64,000 nucleotides of DNA from Acidimicrobiia bacterium (GCA_003231645.1 QIIW01000026.1:8775-72774); one strand, 5' to 3'. Positions 1-10,194 are shown, counted from the stretch's first letter. A program made the numbers and translations. Notes: generated from the letters alone by a model not told the origin.

Positions 1-75
1 CGGTGAGATGCCGAGGGTGATCTCCTTCGACATGGTCCCCATCTCGTCTGCCGTCACTTCGGTTTGGTCCGACAT
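1..75 (-). CDS. 5' end of an unidentified gene running off the left edge (partial)
   Basis: Minus-strand ATG at 75..73 is preceded by GGGGGAGGTGG (RC of 76..91). It reads MSDQTEVTADEMGTMSKEITLGISP to the window edge. Too short to name. Confidence 0.4.
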   Translation of the reverse strand, partial: MSDQTEVTADEMGTMSKEITLGISP

Positions 76-282
76 GACCACCACCTCCCCCAATCCGTAC
101 ACGATAACCGTGACGATCCGACACGGTTCTGGTGCCGTTCACCGACCCCGGCAGAGGCTGCAAGCGAGCCAATCTGCCCCGAGCGTTTCGGCTTCGGGAG
201 CACGATCGCGTAGATTCGATGCCGTGAACACCGTGCCGATGATCGAGCGCACCCAGGAGCAATCCAGCCGAAAGGTCCACCG

Positions 283-1770
283 TTGACCGAGATCCGGACC
301 CCGCTCGGGGTGATTCGTGGCCGTGAACGCGACGGTTGCCTCCAGTTCTTCGGTATCCGCTACGGCCAGCCCACCGGGAACAATCGACGGTTCAGGGCGC
401 CTGAACCGGTGAAGCCCTGGGAAGGGATCTACGACGCAACTCACTTCGGCCCCTCCGCCCCCCAGCCGCCGCGGGCCATCGACAGCGTGTTGCCCAAGCG
501 TGACCTCGTCTGGAGCGAGGACTGCCTGTTCCTCAACGTCTACACACCTGCCGCCGACGATTCGGCGAGACCGGTGTTGGTCTGGATCCACGGCGGCTCG
601 TATGTCAACGGCTCGGGCGACGCCTATGACGGCACCTCGTTCGCAAGTACCGGCGACATGGTCGTCGTGACCATCAACTATCGTCTCGGTGCGCTCGGCT
701 TCGCCGAACTCGGGCACCTCGACCCGGCTCTCACCGGCTCTCACAACAACGGCATTCGCGACATGATCGAAGCGCTGCGGTGGGTGCGCTACAACATCAC
801 GGTGTTCGGGGGCAACCCGGGGCGGGTCACGATCTGCGGCGAATCGGCCGGCGCCGGCGCGGTCAACGCCCTGCTCGCCTCGCCCAACGCCCGCGGCCTC
901 TTTCACCAGGCCATATCCGAGAGTGCCCCCGCCCGGTTCAGCGAGAGCGAGACCACCTTCGCCGACGACCTGCGGGTCCAGCTCAGCGCCGACGGTGACC
1001 CCATCGGCCTCAACGAGCTGATGGCCACCCCGGCCGACCGGATACTCGCGGCCCAGACTGCGGTGCTCGACCGGAGCGCCGCCGCCATGGGGCTGGGCCT
1101 CATCCCGGCCGGTCGGCCCGGTTTTCGTCCGGCCATCGACCACACCACCATCACCGGAAACCCATCGGATGCCGTCGCCACCGATCCGGTCCCGCTTCTG
1201 ATCGGTACCAACCTCGACGAAGGCACTTTGTTCACCCTCGACCTGCCCGAGGAGATCACCGACTCGCAACTCCGGCGGGCCGTCGAGAGCGGTGGTCACG
1301 ACACCGACCGGGTGGTCGCCGCGTTCAAGGCCGAGTATCCGGGCGAGACCAACCGGCAGCTGTTGATCCACATGCTCGGCGACACACTGTTCCGCAGCGC
1401 CAGTCTGAGGGTGGCCGATGCCCAGGCCACCACCGACACGTCGGTCTGGGTCTACCTGTTCACCTGGCAGAGCCAGGGGTTCCACGGAATGTTCGGTGCG
1501 ATGCACGCCCTCGAGATTCCGTTCGTCTGGAACATGCCCCTGGAGCCGTGGGGGCAACTGCTCGGCGAAGGCGAACCGTGGCCGCCCGATCTCGCCGACC
1601 GGATGCACCGGGCATGGATCTCCTTCGTGCACACCGGCAACCCCAACCACGGCGGCATCCCCGATTGGCCCCGTTACGACACCGACCGACGACCCACCAT
1701 GGAGTTCGGCGATACCAGCCGGATGCTCGACGACCCCCAGGGAAGGACCCGGGCCGGCTGGGGCGAATAG
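283..1770 (+). CDS. type-B carboxylesterase/lipase family protein
   Basis: 495-aa ORF with a TTG start. Family hallmarks: EDCLFLNVYTP, WIHGGSY oxyanion region, nucleophile elbow GESAGA. The 503-aa antisense ORF is low-complexity and rejected. Confidence 0.9.
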   Translation: MTEIRTPLGVIRGRERDGCLQFFGIRYGQPTGNNRRFRAPEPVKPWEGIYDATHFGPSAPQPPRAIDSVLPKRDLVWSEDCLFLNVYTPAADDSARPVLVWIHGGSYVNGSGDAYDGTSFASTGDMVVVTINYRLGALGFAELGHLDPALTGSHNNGIRDMIEALRWVRYNITVFGGNPGRVTICGESAGAGAVNALLASPNARGLFHQAISESAPARFSESETTFADDLRVQLSADGDPIGLNELMATPADRILAAQTAVLDRSAAAMGLGLIPAGRPGFRPAIDHTTITGNPSDAVATDPVPLLIGTNLDEGTLFTLDLPEEITDSQLRRAVESGGHDTDRVVAAFKAEYPGETNRQLLIHMLGDTLFRSASLRVADAQATTDTSVWVYLFTWQSQGFHGMFGAMHALEIPFVWNMPLEPWGQLLGEGEPWPPDLADRMHRAWISFVHTGNPNHGGIPDWPRYDTDRRPTMEFGDTSRMLDDPQGRTRAGWGE

Positions 1771-1785
1771 ACCGGGGCGATCGGG

Positions 1786-2442
1786 CTACGACCGACCGCC
1801 GGATCCGGGCCGGCCGACGATCTCACGCCAGACGCCGGAACGGTGAACCACCTCGATGTCCAGCCCGGCCTTGTCCACGTTCTCCTCGGTGCGACGATTG
1901 ATGTTGGAACCGATCACTTTGCTCACCAGCGGAGTAAGGCGATCTGCGATCCAGCCCGTGATCCGACCCCGGGGACGTACGTGCTCGAGCAGTAGAATCC
2001 TTCCGTCGGGCTTCAGGACCCGACCGATCTCGACCAGGCCCGAAACCGGGTCGGCGACCGAGCAGAAAACGCAAGTGGCCGTGACCGTGTCGAAGAAATC
2101 GTCCGGGAACGGCAGGTGCTGAACATCGGCAAGGTCGAACGCGACATCCACTCCGTGCCTCTTCGCCCTGCCGCGTGCTCTCGTCAACATGTTTGAAGAG
2201 ACGTCGATCGCCGTGAGATCCACCCCGGTCGGGTACAGGTCGAGGTTCTTGCCGGTCCCGACCCCGACCTCGAGCGTGTGCCCACTGGCCCCGGCCAACA
2301 CTCGTTTCCGGCGTCGGTGTCCGCCCAGAAGTTCCATCGGAGCGTCGTACAGATCATAGAAACGAGCCACCCGGTCGTACCGGCGGGTGACAGCCTCTTG
2401 ACCCGACCGCTCATGTCCTTTCGACATCTCATCAGCCGTCAT
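1786..2442 (-). CDS. class I SAM-dependent methyltransferase
   Basis: SAM motif I LEVGVGTGKN and post-I acidic residue. Start chosen at ATG 2442 (MTADEMSKG) because AGGAGAGG lies 5 nt upstream. The ORF is open to 2514. Confidence 0.8.
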   Translation of the reverse strand: MTADEMSKGHERSGQEAVTRRYDRVARFYDLYDAPMELLGGHRRRKRVLAGASGHTLEVGVGTGKNLDLYPTGVDLTAIDVSSNMLTRARGRAKRHGVDVAFDLADVQHLPFPDDFFDTVTATCVFCSVADPVSGLVEIGRVLKPDGRILLLEHVRPRGRITGWIADRLTPLVSKVIGSNINRRTEENVDKAGLDIEVVHRSGVWREIVGRPGSGGRS

Positions 2443-2605
2443 CGGTACCTCTCCTGGTCGCGTGTCGACAGAACCGGAGGGATCCGGATCAGGCCGGCAC
2501 TGTCCATCACGCATGGTCGCCGCGACGCCACGACCATGTCAGGGCCCAAAGTCCCAATGTGAATCGGGCATTGCGTTTCGAAGCCGAGGCCGCTACCCTC
2601 ATCTT

Positions 2606-2621
2606 ATACCCCTAGGGGGTA
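2606..2621. promoter_or_regulatory. CsoR/RicR-type copper-repressor operator in the copA promoter
   Basis: ATACCCCTAGGGGGTA is a G/C-tract pseudo-palindrome of the form TACCC-N5-GGGTA. It sits in a 17-nt spacer between TTATAC and TTATCA hexamers, about 70 nt upstream of the Cu-ATPase start. Confidence 0.55.
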
Positions 2622-2691
2622 GGGCTTTATCAATCATCCTGCATGACCCGCAGCCCACAGGTCAACAACTCGAACAGTAGGAGGTGAGACG

Positions 2692-5535
2692 ATGCAACTC
2701 TCACAGTTGATCGTCCTGGTGTCCGGAGCGTCTCTCACCGGGTTTCTCTGGTGGTTTTTCTTCGGTCCGAGGAAGGAACACCACTCCGACGTGCACGGGG
2801 ACATTCAGGAGATGGCGATCACGGTGGAGGGCGGCTACAGCCCCAACATCGTCCGCGTTCGCCAAGGAGTCCCGTTGAGACTGACATTCGACCGCCGAGA
2901 GGCCGGTGACTGCACCTCACGTGTGGTATTCCCCGACTTCGGTGCATCGAAGCCGCTGCCGGCGTTCGGTTCGGCGTCGCTGGAGTTCACTCCTGACAAA
3001 GCCGGCGAATTCCGCTTCGCTTGTGGCATGAACATGATCCACGGCACTCTCGTGGTCGAATCGGCCGACACGTTCGAGAACGGCGCTGCTGTCAGCAACA
3101 ACGGACAAGGCCGGGCCGACACCAAGATCGATGACAGCAACATCGAGACTGTCCACACCGAAAGCACCGAGTTCCGCGTCAGCGGGATGTCGTGCGCTTC
3201 CTGCGTAACACGAATCGAGTCGGTCCTCGACGGACTCCCCGGCGTCGATCGGGTCGAAGTGAGTTTCGGTACCGAACGGGCGACAGTCGATTTCGATCCG
3301 AACACGATCACCGTCGCGGATCTCCAGACGGCCGTGGCCGGAGCCGGCTACAAACTCGTTCCGCGCACTTCGGGCCAGGTGGCCCCCGACGATCACGAGG
3401 CCGAGGAGCGCAAGGCCGAGATCGCCGATCTGTCCCGACGGGTCATCATCGGAACGATCCTGTCCACGCCGGTCGTGTTCGCGGTGATGGCCGTGGATCT
3501 GTTCTCGGTGGGCTGGGTCCCCGATTTCCTGATGAACCGATGGTTCCAGCTGGCGCTGATCACGCCCGTCATGTTCTACACGGGCTGGCCGATCCACCGA
3601 ACGGGCTGGTTGACCCTGAAGCACCGCGCCGCCGACATGAACTCGCTCATAACCATCGGCAGCATCGCGGCCTTCGGCTACAGCCTTCTCGTGACGGTCG
3701 CACCATCTCTCGTCCCCGTCGAAGTCAGAGAGGTGTACTACGAGGCAGTCGGCGTCATCATCACCTTGATCCTGCTCGGAAGACTGCTCGAGGTGCGCGC
3801 CAAGGCGGGAACCGGCGAGGCGATCCGGAAGTTGATCGGAATGCAGGCTCGCACCGCGACCCTCATTCGCAACGGTGACGAGGTCGAAGTTCCGATCGAG
3901 GAGGTCGTCCCCGGTGACGTGATCCTTGTGAGACCCGGTGAGAAGGTTCCCGTCGATGGCGTGATCATCGACGGGCGCTCTACCCTCGATGAGGCCATGG
4001 TCACCGGGGAATCGATCCCGGTGAGCAAGACCGTGGGCGACACTGTCATCGGGGCCACCATCAACCAGACCGGCGCCTTCCGGTTCGAGGCAACCAACGT
4101 CGGCTCCGACACGATGCTGGCTCAGATCATCAAGCTGGTCGAACAGGCCCAGAGTTCCAAAGCTCCAATCCAGCGCCTCGCCGATCTCACGGCCTCGTAC
4201 TTCGTCCCGGCTGTCATGTTCATCGCCATCACCACTTTTGTCACCTGGTTCATCGTCGGCCCCCAACCTGCACTCACGCTCGCCCTCGTTGCCGGCGTTG
4301 CGGTACTGATCATCGCCTGCCCGTGCGCACTGGGACTGGCCACACCGCTTTCGGTCATGGTCTCCACCGGCAAGGGGGCCGAGCACGGCATCCTGATCAG
4401 ATCGGCCGAAGCCCTGGAAACTGCACACAAGATCGACACGATCGTCCTCGACAAGACCGGGACGATCACGAGGGGCAAGCCGGAACTGACCGATGTGACC
4501 ACATTCGCCGGCATCAACGAGGCAGAGTTGCTCCGGCTGGTGGCGTCCGCCGAACAATCGTCGGAACATCCCCTGGCCCAAGCCATCGTGAGCGGGGCAC
4601 ACGACCGGAACCTCGACCTCGTCGAACCGGCCGAGTTCGACTCGATCACCGGCAAGGGGATCCGGGCAATCGTCAGCAGCCGTGAGGTCCTCATCGGAAA
4701 CAGGCGCCTGCTCGACGACGCCGGTATCGACTCCGATGCAGTGACCGACCTCAGCAACCGACTGGCCGAAGAAGGCAAGACTCCGATGCTGGTCGCCATC
4801 GACGGCGAACCGGGCGGTGTCATTGCTGTTGCCGACACGGTGAAGGAGGACTCCGCCGCGGCGATCGCCGCCCTACGAGCCCTCGGGATCGAGGTGGCGA
4901 TGATCACGGGTGACAACGCCCGAACTGCAGCAGCGATCGCCCGTCAGGTCGGGGTGCAGCGCGTGCTGGCCGAGGTTCTGCCCGAACGCAAGGCCCTCGA
5001 AGTCCGGCGCCTCCAGGAGGAGGGAGGGGTGGTCGCCATGGTCGGCGATGGCATCAACGATGCCCCGGCGCTCGCTCAGGCCGATGTCGGATTCGCCATC
5101 GGCACCGGGACCGACGTGGCCATCGAGTCGTCGGACATCACGCTCATCTCCGGCGCTCTCGACGGGGTCGTCACGGCCATCACCCTGAGCCGGTCCACAC
5201 TGCGAAACATCCGGCAGAACCTCTTCTTCGCCTTCATCTACAACGGGATCGGAATCCCCGTGGCGGCGGGCGTGCTCTACCCGTTCATCGGGGTCCAGCT
5301 CAGCCCGATGCTCGCCGCCGGCGCGATGGCCGGGTCGAGTCTCTCGGTTGTCACCAACGCGAGTCGTCTCCGCCGCTGGAGACCGCGGGAGATCGACGTC
5401 TCCAAGGTCACGGCCGTCGGCGAGCCGCTGATCGAACTCGGATCCGATGAGAAGATGTCGACCCCGAAGAAGGCTCCCACCGATGATGTCGAGGTCCGCT
5501 GCGAGTCCGAGTACGTCCACCAAGGTCAGCACTGA
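2692..5535 (+). CDS. copA: copper-translocating P1B-type ATPase with an N-terminal TM-anchored cupredoxin-like domain and an HMA domain
   Basis: AGGAGGTGA RBS. Motifs: GMSCASC (HMA), TGES, CPC ([11 protein letters not shown]), [20 protein letters not shown]-terminal residues 38-123 carry Cys74 and C111-G-M-N-M115. Confidence 0.95.
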   Translation: MQLSQLIVLVSGASLTGFLWWFFFGPRKEHHSDVHGDIQEMAITVEGGYSPNIVRVRQGVPLRLTFDRREAGDCTSRVVFPDFGASKPLPAFGSASLEFTPDKAGEFRFACGMNMIHGTLVVESADTFENGAAVSNNGQGRADTKIDDSNIETVHTESTEFRVSGMSCASCVTRIESVLDGLPGVDRVEVSFGTERATVDFDPNTITVADLQTAVAGAGYKLVPRTSGQVAPDDHEAEERKAEIADLSRRVIIGTILSTPVVFAVMAVDLFSVGWVPDFLMNRWFQLALITPVMFYTGWPIHRTGWLTLKHRAADMNSLITIGSIAAFGYSLLVTVAPSLVPVEVREVYYEAVGVIITLILLGRLLEVRAKAGTGEAIRKLIGMQARTATLIRNGDEVEVPIEEVVPGDVILVRPGEKVPVDGVIIDGRSTLDEAMVTGESIPVSKTVGDTVIGATINQTGAFRFEATNVGSDTMLAQIIKLVEQAQSSKAPIQRLADLTASYFVPAVMFIAITTFVTWFIVGPQPALTLALVAGVAVLIIACPCALGLATPLSVMVSTGKGAEHGILIRSAEALETAHKIDTIVLDKTGTITRGKPELTDVTTFAGINEAELLRLVASAEQSSEHPLAQAIVSGAHDRNLDLVEPAEFDSITGKGIRAIVSSREVLIGNRRLLDDAGIDSDAVTDLSNRLAEEGKTPMLVAIDGEPGGVIAVADTVKEDSAAAIAALRALGIEVAMITGDNARTAAAIARQVGVQRVLAEVLPERKALEVRRLQEEGGVVAMVGDGINDAPALAQADVGFAIGTGTDVAIESSDITLISGALDGVVTAITLSRSTLRNIRQNLFFAFIYNGIGIPVAAGVLYPFIGVQLSPMLAAGAMAGSSLSVVTNASRLRRWRPREIDVSKVTAVGEPLIELGSDEKMSTPKKAPTDDVEVRCESEYVHQGQH

Positions 5536-5543
5536 CCCCGATC

Positions 5544-6746
5544 ATGCACTGTCCGCCGGGGGTCGACAAGACATGCCGGACCATTGTCGGCGCCGGCCCG
5601 TCCGGCCTCGTGGCTGCGGCGACTCTCGCCCGATCAGGGCGGTCGGTTCGTGTGCTCGAACGAAACCATGAGGTCGGGCACCGGTACGCAGGGGACTTCC
5701 AGGGTCTGGAGAATTGGACGACCTCCCGGGACTCACTCGAGTTGCTCGCCGCTCTCGGAATCGAAGCCGACTTCGACTACCAACCGTTCCACGAGGTGAC
5801 CTTCCACGACAGGCACCTCGACCACGTGGTGGTGAGCAGCGCCCACCGTCCGTTCTTCTATCTGGTTCAGCGTGGGCCCCAGGACGGCTCCATCGATCAG
5901 GCGCTGCTCCAACAGGCCCGGTCCGCCGGCGCGCGAGTCGATCTCGGCGTCACGGCCACGAATGCGGCCAGGGGGACCATCATCGCCACCGGACCCAAGT
6001 ATGCCGACGGACTGGTCACGGGATTGGTCTTCGACACCCGGCTCGAGGACCAGGCCCGCTGCATCGTCTCGGACCGCCTCTCCCCCGCCGGATACGGGTA
6101 CCTCCTCGTCTGGAACGGCCGTGCGACCTTGGCAACCTGCCTGTTCCGACGCCATCCGGATTGGCGGTCAGCCCGCGAATCTACCGTCGACGCCTTCTCG
6201 AAACTGTTGCCGACGCTTCGAGCCGACCTCCGGGAAGCCAAGGTGTTCTCCGGTTGTGGATCGGTGTTTCCCGATGCTCGCTACACCGACGAAGCCGGCC
6301 ACCTGTTCGTCGGCGAGGCCGCTGGTCTGCAGGACGCCGAGTTCGGCTTCGGTCTGCGATACGCGGTCGAATCGGGCAGCCTTGTCGCCCGATCACTCGT
6401 CGAAGGCTTCAACTACAAGGCGGCGGCGGAGAAGATTTTCGACGCGCGCATGCGCACCGCATTCGCCAACCGCCTGATGTTCGAGGCCCTACCCGAGGCG
6501 GTCATCCCCATGGTCCTGCGTCGCGGTGCGGCGTCGGCGCATCTCCATGCCCGCCTGCGCCGGCACTGCGCTCCATGGGCTGCCAAATCGGCCTTGTCGC
6601 TGGTAGCCAGGCGGTTGCTCTCCCCCAGGCGCCTCGGCTACCACGACACATCGTGTCACAGCGATGCCTGCAGTTGCGTCTGGTGTGTGTGTCACCAGGA
6701 CCGCGCACCCGCCCCCGAAGAGCCGACCGGTCCCATCGTGGCGTGA
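5544..6746 (+). CDS. FAD-dependent oxidoreductase (geranylgeranyl-reductase-like) with a Cys/His-rich C-terminal tail
   Basis: N-terminal IVGAGPSGLVAAATLARSGRSVRVLE dinucleotide-binding fold. Starts 8 nt after the copA stop. Tail is HDTSCHSDACSCVWCVCHQD. Confidence 0.75.
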   Translation: MHCPPGVDKTCRTIVGAGPSGLVAAATLARSGRSVRVLERNHEVGHRYAGDFQGLENWTTSRDSLELLAALGIEADFDYQPFHEVTFHDRHLDHVVVSSAHRPFFYLVQRGPQDGSIDQALLQQARSAGARVDLGVTATNAARGTIIATGPKYADGLVTGLVFDTRLEDQARCIVSDRLSPAGYGYLLVWNGRATLATCLFRRHPDWRSARESTVDAFSKLLPTLRADLREAKVFSGCGSVFPDARYTDEAGHLFVGEAAGLQDAEFGFGLRYAVESGSLVARSLVEGFNYKAAAEKIFDARMRTAFANRLMFEALPEAVIPMVLRRGAASAHLHARLRRHCAPWAAKSALSLVARRLLSPRRLGYHDTSCHSDACSCVWCVCHQDRAPAPEEPTGPIVA

Positions 6747-6751
6747 CAGAA

Positions 6752-8083
6752 TCACCAGTGAGGATGTAGCCCGAGTCCCGACTTGCCATCGGTCGATTTG
6801 GTGGCCAGTACCTGGGTCAGGTTCAGTTCGTTGGTTTCGAAGCCGATCGCCGAGGCGGCCATGTAGAGACGCCAGACGTTGGCTCTTCCGACCGAGGTCA
6901 GCTCGACTGCCTCGTCCCAGTTGTCCTCGAGGTGACGGACCCACAGGCGAAGGGTCGCTGCGTAGTGTTCGCGCAGTGACTCGACGTGGCGAACCTCGAG
7001 CCCATTTCGGTTGATCGCCGACACCACCTGACCCGTTTCGAGTAGTTCACCATCGGGGAACACGTAGTGGGCGATGAACCCGCTGGGATCGATTCGGCTT
7101 CGTCCCGTGTCGACCGACCGGTTGATGGCGTGATTGAGAAGCCTGCCGCCCGGTACGAGCAGAGACTCGATCTGCCCGAAGTAAGCGCCGAGGCGTCGTT
7201 CCCCGACATGTTCGAACATACCGATCGAGGAAATGGCGTCGAACGGCGCGTCGCTGATGTCCCGGTAGTCCTGCAGTCGGATCTGCACCCTGTGGCTCAG
7301 GCCGGCTTCCGCCACCCGCGTCTCTGCCAGTTTCACCTGCTCGGCCGAGATGGTCACGCCGACCACGGAGACGCCGTATTGCCGGGCCGCATGAATCGCC
7401 ATACCTCCCCACCCGCATCCGATGTCGAGTAGACGCATGCCGGCGACGAGCCCGAGCTTGCGACAGATCAGGTCGTACTTGTTGATCTGGGCTTCGTCGA
7501 GAGAGTCGGTTTGATGTTCAAACACCGCGCACGAGTACGTCATGGTCGGGCCGAGGAACAGACGGTAGAAGTCATTGGAGACGTCGTAATGGCTGGACAC
7601 GGACCGGGCATCGCGACCACGGCTGTGCAGCACACCACGGACCTTGGCTTCCTCGGGCGGTGCCGGCAGCGGTCGTAGCGCCACCAGGTCGCCGACGGAG
7701 TGCACACCGAGTACATGGGCGACGTCGCTCAGAAGCCGGCGGTCGATTCTGATCTTGCCGAGCCGGTCTCGGATTCCGAGAAGCCCGTAGATGTCGCCCT
7801 CGGCCTCCACGTCGCCGGCGATGAAGGCGCGGCCGAAGGCCAGCTCTCTTCCCCGACCTGAGATGACGCGGCGAAAGAAATCGGGAGAAACGATCCGAAC
7901 TGTCGTTGCCGCGTCTTCAGGGCCCAATGCGGTGCCGTCGTACACCTCGACTCTCAGACCGGCAGTGTCCTCACCCAACAATCGAAGCAGCAGCCGCTTC
8001 ATGTGAATCGTCCCGCCACTGTCACGGTATTCCCGCTGCGCCTCTGGGTTGGAGCCGACCTCCAACGTCGATTGCTCATCCAT
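6752..8083 (-). CDS. cfa: cyclopropane-fatty-acyl-phospholipid synthase family methyltransferase
   Basis: LLDIGCGWGGMAIHAARQYGVSVVGVTIS SAM motif and CFA/mycolic-acid-synthase-like C-terminal half. ATG 8083 has GAGGAG 6 nt upstream. The ORF is open to GTG 8101. Confidence 0.85.
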   Translation of the reverse strand: MDEQSTLEVGSNPEAQREYRDSGGTIHMKRLLLRLLGEDTAGLRVEVYDGTALGPEDAATTVRIVSPDFFRRVISGRGRELAFGRAFIAGDVEAEGDIYGLLGIRDRLGKIRIDRRLLSDVAHVLGVHSVGDLVALRPLPAPPEEAKVRGVLHSRGRDARSVSSHYDVSNDFYRLFLGPTMTYSCAVFEHQTDSLDEAQINKYDLICRKLGLVAGMRLLDIGCGWGGMAIHAARQYGVSVVGVTISAEQVKLAETRVAEAGLSHRVQIRLQDYRDISDAPFDAISSIGMFEHVGERRLGAYFGQIESLLVPGGRLLNHAINRSVDTGRSRIDPSGFIAHYVFPDGELLETGQVVSAINRNGLEVRHVESLREHYAATLRLWVRHLEDNWDEAVELTSVGRANVWRLYMAASAIGFETNELNLTQVLATKSTDGKSGLGLHPHW

Positions 8084-8274
8084 ATTGGTCTCCTCTGTCA
8101 CGCGACCCCGACCATCTCCTTGCCCCGGCGAACTCGGCCATCCACATCGATAACAGGATGGAACAGTGGTACTTTACCCCTACCCCCCATATGTATCAAC
8201 TGCGTCGGGTCGCGCTCATCCACGACCGGCCGGCCGTCACGCAACGGTGGCTCTCAGCGGTGTCGGTCCCGGGA

Positions 8275-9969
8275 CTACCCCTTGACCCTGCGCTTTCGGA
8301 TGTTGGCCCACTCGTCGCGGAGCCCGACGGTGCGGTGCCACAAGCCGGGGTCGTCGAGATCGTGGGCGAAGTAGCCGAGCCGCTCGAACTGCACCACCAC
8401 ACCGCCGGGAGTGTCGGCCAGCATCGGTTCGAGCTTGCAACCGGTCAGAACCTGCCGGGAATCGGGGTTGACCGCGTCGAGCGGATCGGTGCCATCGGCA
8501 CCGGGGTGCGAGTCGGTGAACAATCGGCCGTAGAGAATCACGTCGGCGTCAACGGCATGTTCGGCCGCCACCCAATGGAGCGTGGCCTTCACCTTGCGGC
8601 CGTCGGGAGCCTGACCACCCCGGGTCTCGGGGTCGTAGGTACACCTGAGCTGGACGACCTCACCGGTCTCGTCGGTGACATGGTCGATGCAGGTGATGTA
8701 GAACCCGGCCCGCAACCTCACCTCGCGTCCCGGAGCGAGACGAAAGAATTTCTTCGGCGGGTCGATCATGAAATCGTCACGCTCGATGAACAGCCGACCA
8801 GTGAACGGCACCTTGCGAGTGCCGGCCGAGTCGTCCTCGGGATTGTTGATCGCGTCGAGCTCCACCACCTGGCCCTCGGGCCAGTTCTCGATCACCACCT
8901 CGAGCGGCTTCAACACCGCCATCCGGCGCAACGCGTGACGGTTGTGGTGGGTACGTACGAATGACTCGAGCAATTCGATCTCGTGGGTGCCGTTGACCCG
9001 GGCCACCCCGATGTGAGAACAGAACGCGCGGATCGCCTCCGGGGGATATCCCCGCCGTTTCAATCCGCGCAGGGTCGGCATCCGCGGGTCGTCCCAGCCA
9101 TCGACCAGGCCGCCGTCCACCAACGTCCGTAGAACACGTTTCGAGGTCATGGTATGGGTCAGGTTGAGTCGCGCGAACTCGGTCTGTTCGGGCTTGTCGC
9201 CGGGCAGGTCGAGATGCTCGAGACACCAGTCGTAGAGCCTGCGGTGGGAGTCGAACTCGAGGCTGCACAACGAATGGGTGACGCCCTCGATGGCATCACT
9301 CTGGCCATGGGCCCAGTCGTAGGTTGGGTAGACATGCCACGAATCGCCGGTTCGATAGTGGTGAGCGTGGCGGATCCGGTAGAGCACAGGGTCGCGCATC
9401 TGCATGTTCTCGTGCCCCATGTCGATACGAGCCCGCAGCGCACGGGAGCCCTCAGCGAACTCGCCGTCCCTCATCCGTGCAAAGAGATCGATGTTCTCCT
9501 CCACGCTGCGGTTGCGCCACGGGCTGTCGGTGCCGGGTTGGGTGAAACTGCCACGATTGAGCGACATCGCCTCGGCATCCTGATCGTCGACGTAGGCAAG
9601 GCCGGCTTCAATGAGATCGATCGCCCAGTCGGCGAGCTGGTCGAAGTAGTCGGAGGCGAACACAACCTCGGCCGGTTCGAACCCGAGCCAGCGAATGTCA
9701 TCTTGGATCACCTCGACGAAGGTCGCCTCCTCGGTCTCCGGGTTGGTGTCGTCGAAGCGCAGTTTGCAGATGCCGTCGAATTCGGCGGCGATGGCAAAAT
9801 TGAGGCATATAGCCTTGGCATGGCCGATATGGAGGTAGCCGTTGGGCTCGGGTGGAAACCGGGTCTGCACCCGGCCATCGAAGCGCCCGGCGGCCAAATC
9901 GGCTCTGACCCTTTCGCGAATGAAATCGGTGCGGGAGTTCGCGGTGGTCCCGGAAGGCGTGTGGTTCAC
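8275..9969 (-). CDS. glnS: glutaminyl-tRNA synthetase
   Basis: Class I signatures PEPNGYLHIGHAKA (HIGH) and TMTSKR (KMSKS-like). Full-length GlnRS-like body including the C-terminal anticodon-binding region. The ORF is open to 10176 but its first ~69 codons look non-coding, so GTG 9969 (VNHTPSG) is proposed. Confidence 0.88.
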   Translation of the reverse strand: MNHTPSGTTANSRTDFIRERVRADLAAGRFDGRVQTRFPPEPNGYLHIGHAKAICLNFAIAAEFDGICKLRFDDTNPETEEATFVEVIQDDIRWLGFEPAEVVFASDYFDQLADWAIDLIEAGLAYVDDQDAEAMSLNRGSFTQPGTDSPWRNRSVEENIDLFARMRDGEFAEGSRALRARIDMGHENMQMRDPVLYRIRHAHHYRTGDSWHVYPTYDWAHGQSDAIEGVTHSLCSLEFDSHRRLYDWCLEHLDLPGDKPEQTEFARLNLTHTMTSKRVLRTLVDGGLVDGWDDPRMPTLRGLKRRGYPPEAIRAFCSHIGVARVNGTHEIELLESFVRTHHNRHALRRMAVLKPLEVVIENWPEGQVVELDAINNPEDDSAGTRKVPFTGRLFIERDDFMIDPPKKFFRLAPGREVRLRAGFYITCIDHVTDETGEVVQLRCTYDPETRGGQAPDGRKVKATLHWVAAEHAVDADVILYGRLFTDSHPGADGTDPLDAVNPDSRQVLTGCKLEPMLADTPGGVVVQFERLGYFAHDLDDPGLWHRTVGLRDEWANIRKRRVKG

Positions 9970-10194
9970 CGTGTCAGAACTACCGTCCCGTGGCCCCACC
10001 GGCAACACCCGAACCCGGACCAGTGGGGCCGTGGCAGTCCACTCCGACGGTCGGTGCCCCACGGATCCGGCACCCACGGTCGTCGATCGGGCGAGCCGAC
10101 ACCGATGTCGTGGTGCGGTGAGTTCTCTGATCGGCTGGTGGCGTCGGCGCGGCAGTGACCATGGTGACCCTCCCAAACGTGTCGAGTCGATCGC

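Noticed and set aside
139-1650. 503-aa minus-strand ORF covering the carboxylesterase gene
   Set aside because: It is antisense to a gene with clear family motifs. Its translation is Gly/Arg/Pro/Val-rich low complexity, typical of shadow ORFs in high-G+C DNA.
2917-4602. 561-aa minus-strand ORF inside copA
   Set aside because: A shadow ORF opposite a P-type ATPase with all its catalytic motifs. It has no recognisable domain and an Arg/Asp/Gly-biased composition.
8175-8197. TACCCCTACCCCCCATATGTA upstream of the CFA synthase gene, which shares CCCTACCCCC with the copA operator region
   Set aside because: Only one half-site (TACCC) is present and the GGGTA arm is missing, so it is not a CsoR/RicR-type palindrome. 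The similarity may simply reflect C-tract-rich promoter DNA. It would only be worth revisiting if a genome-wide motif search recovers it.
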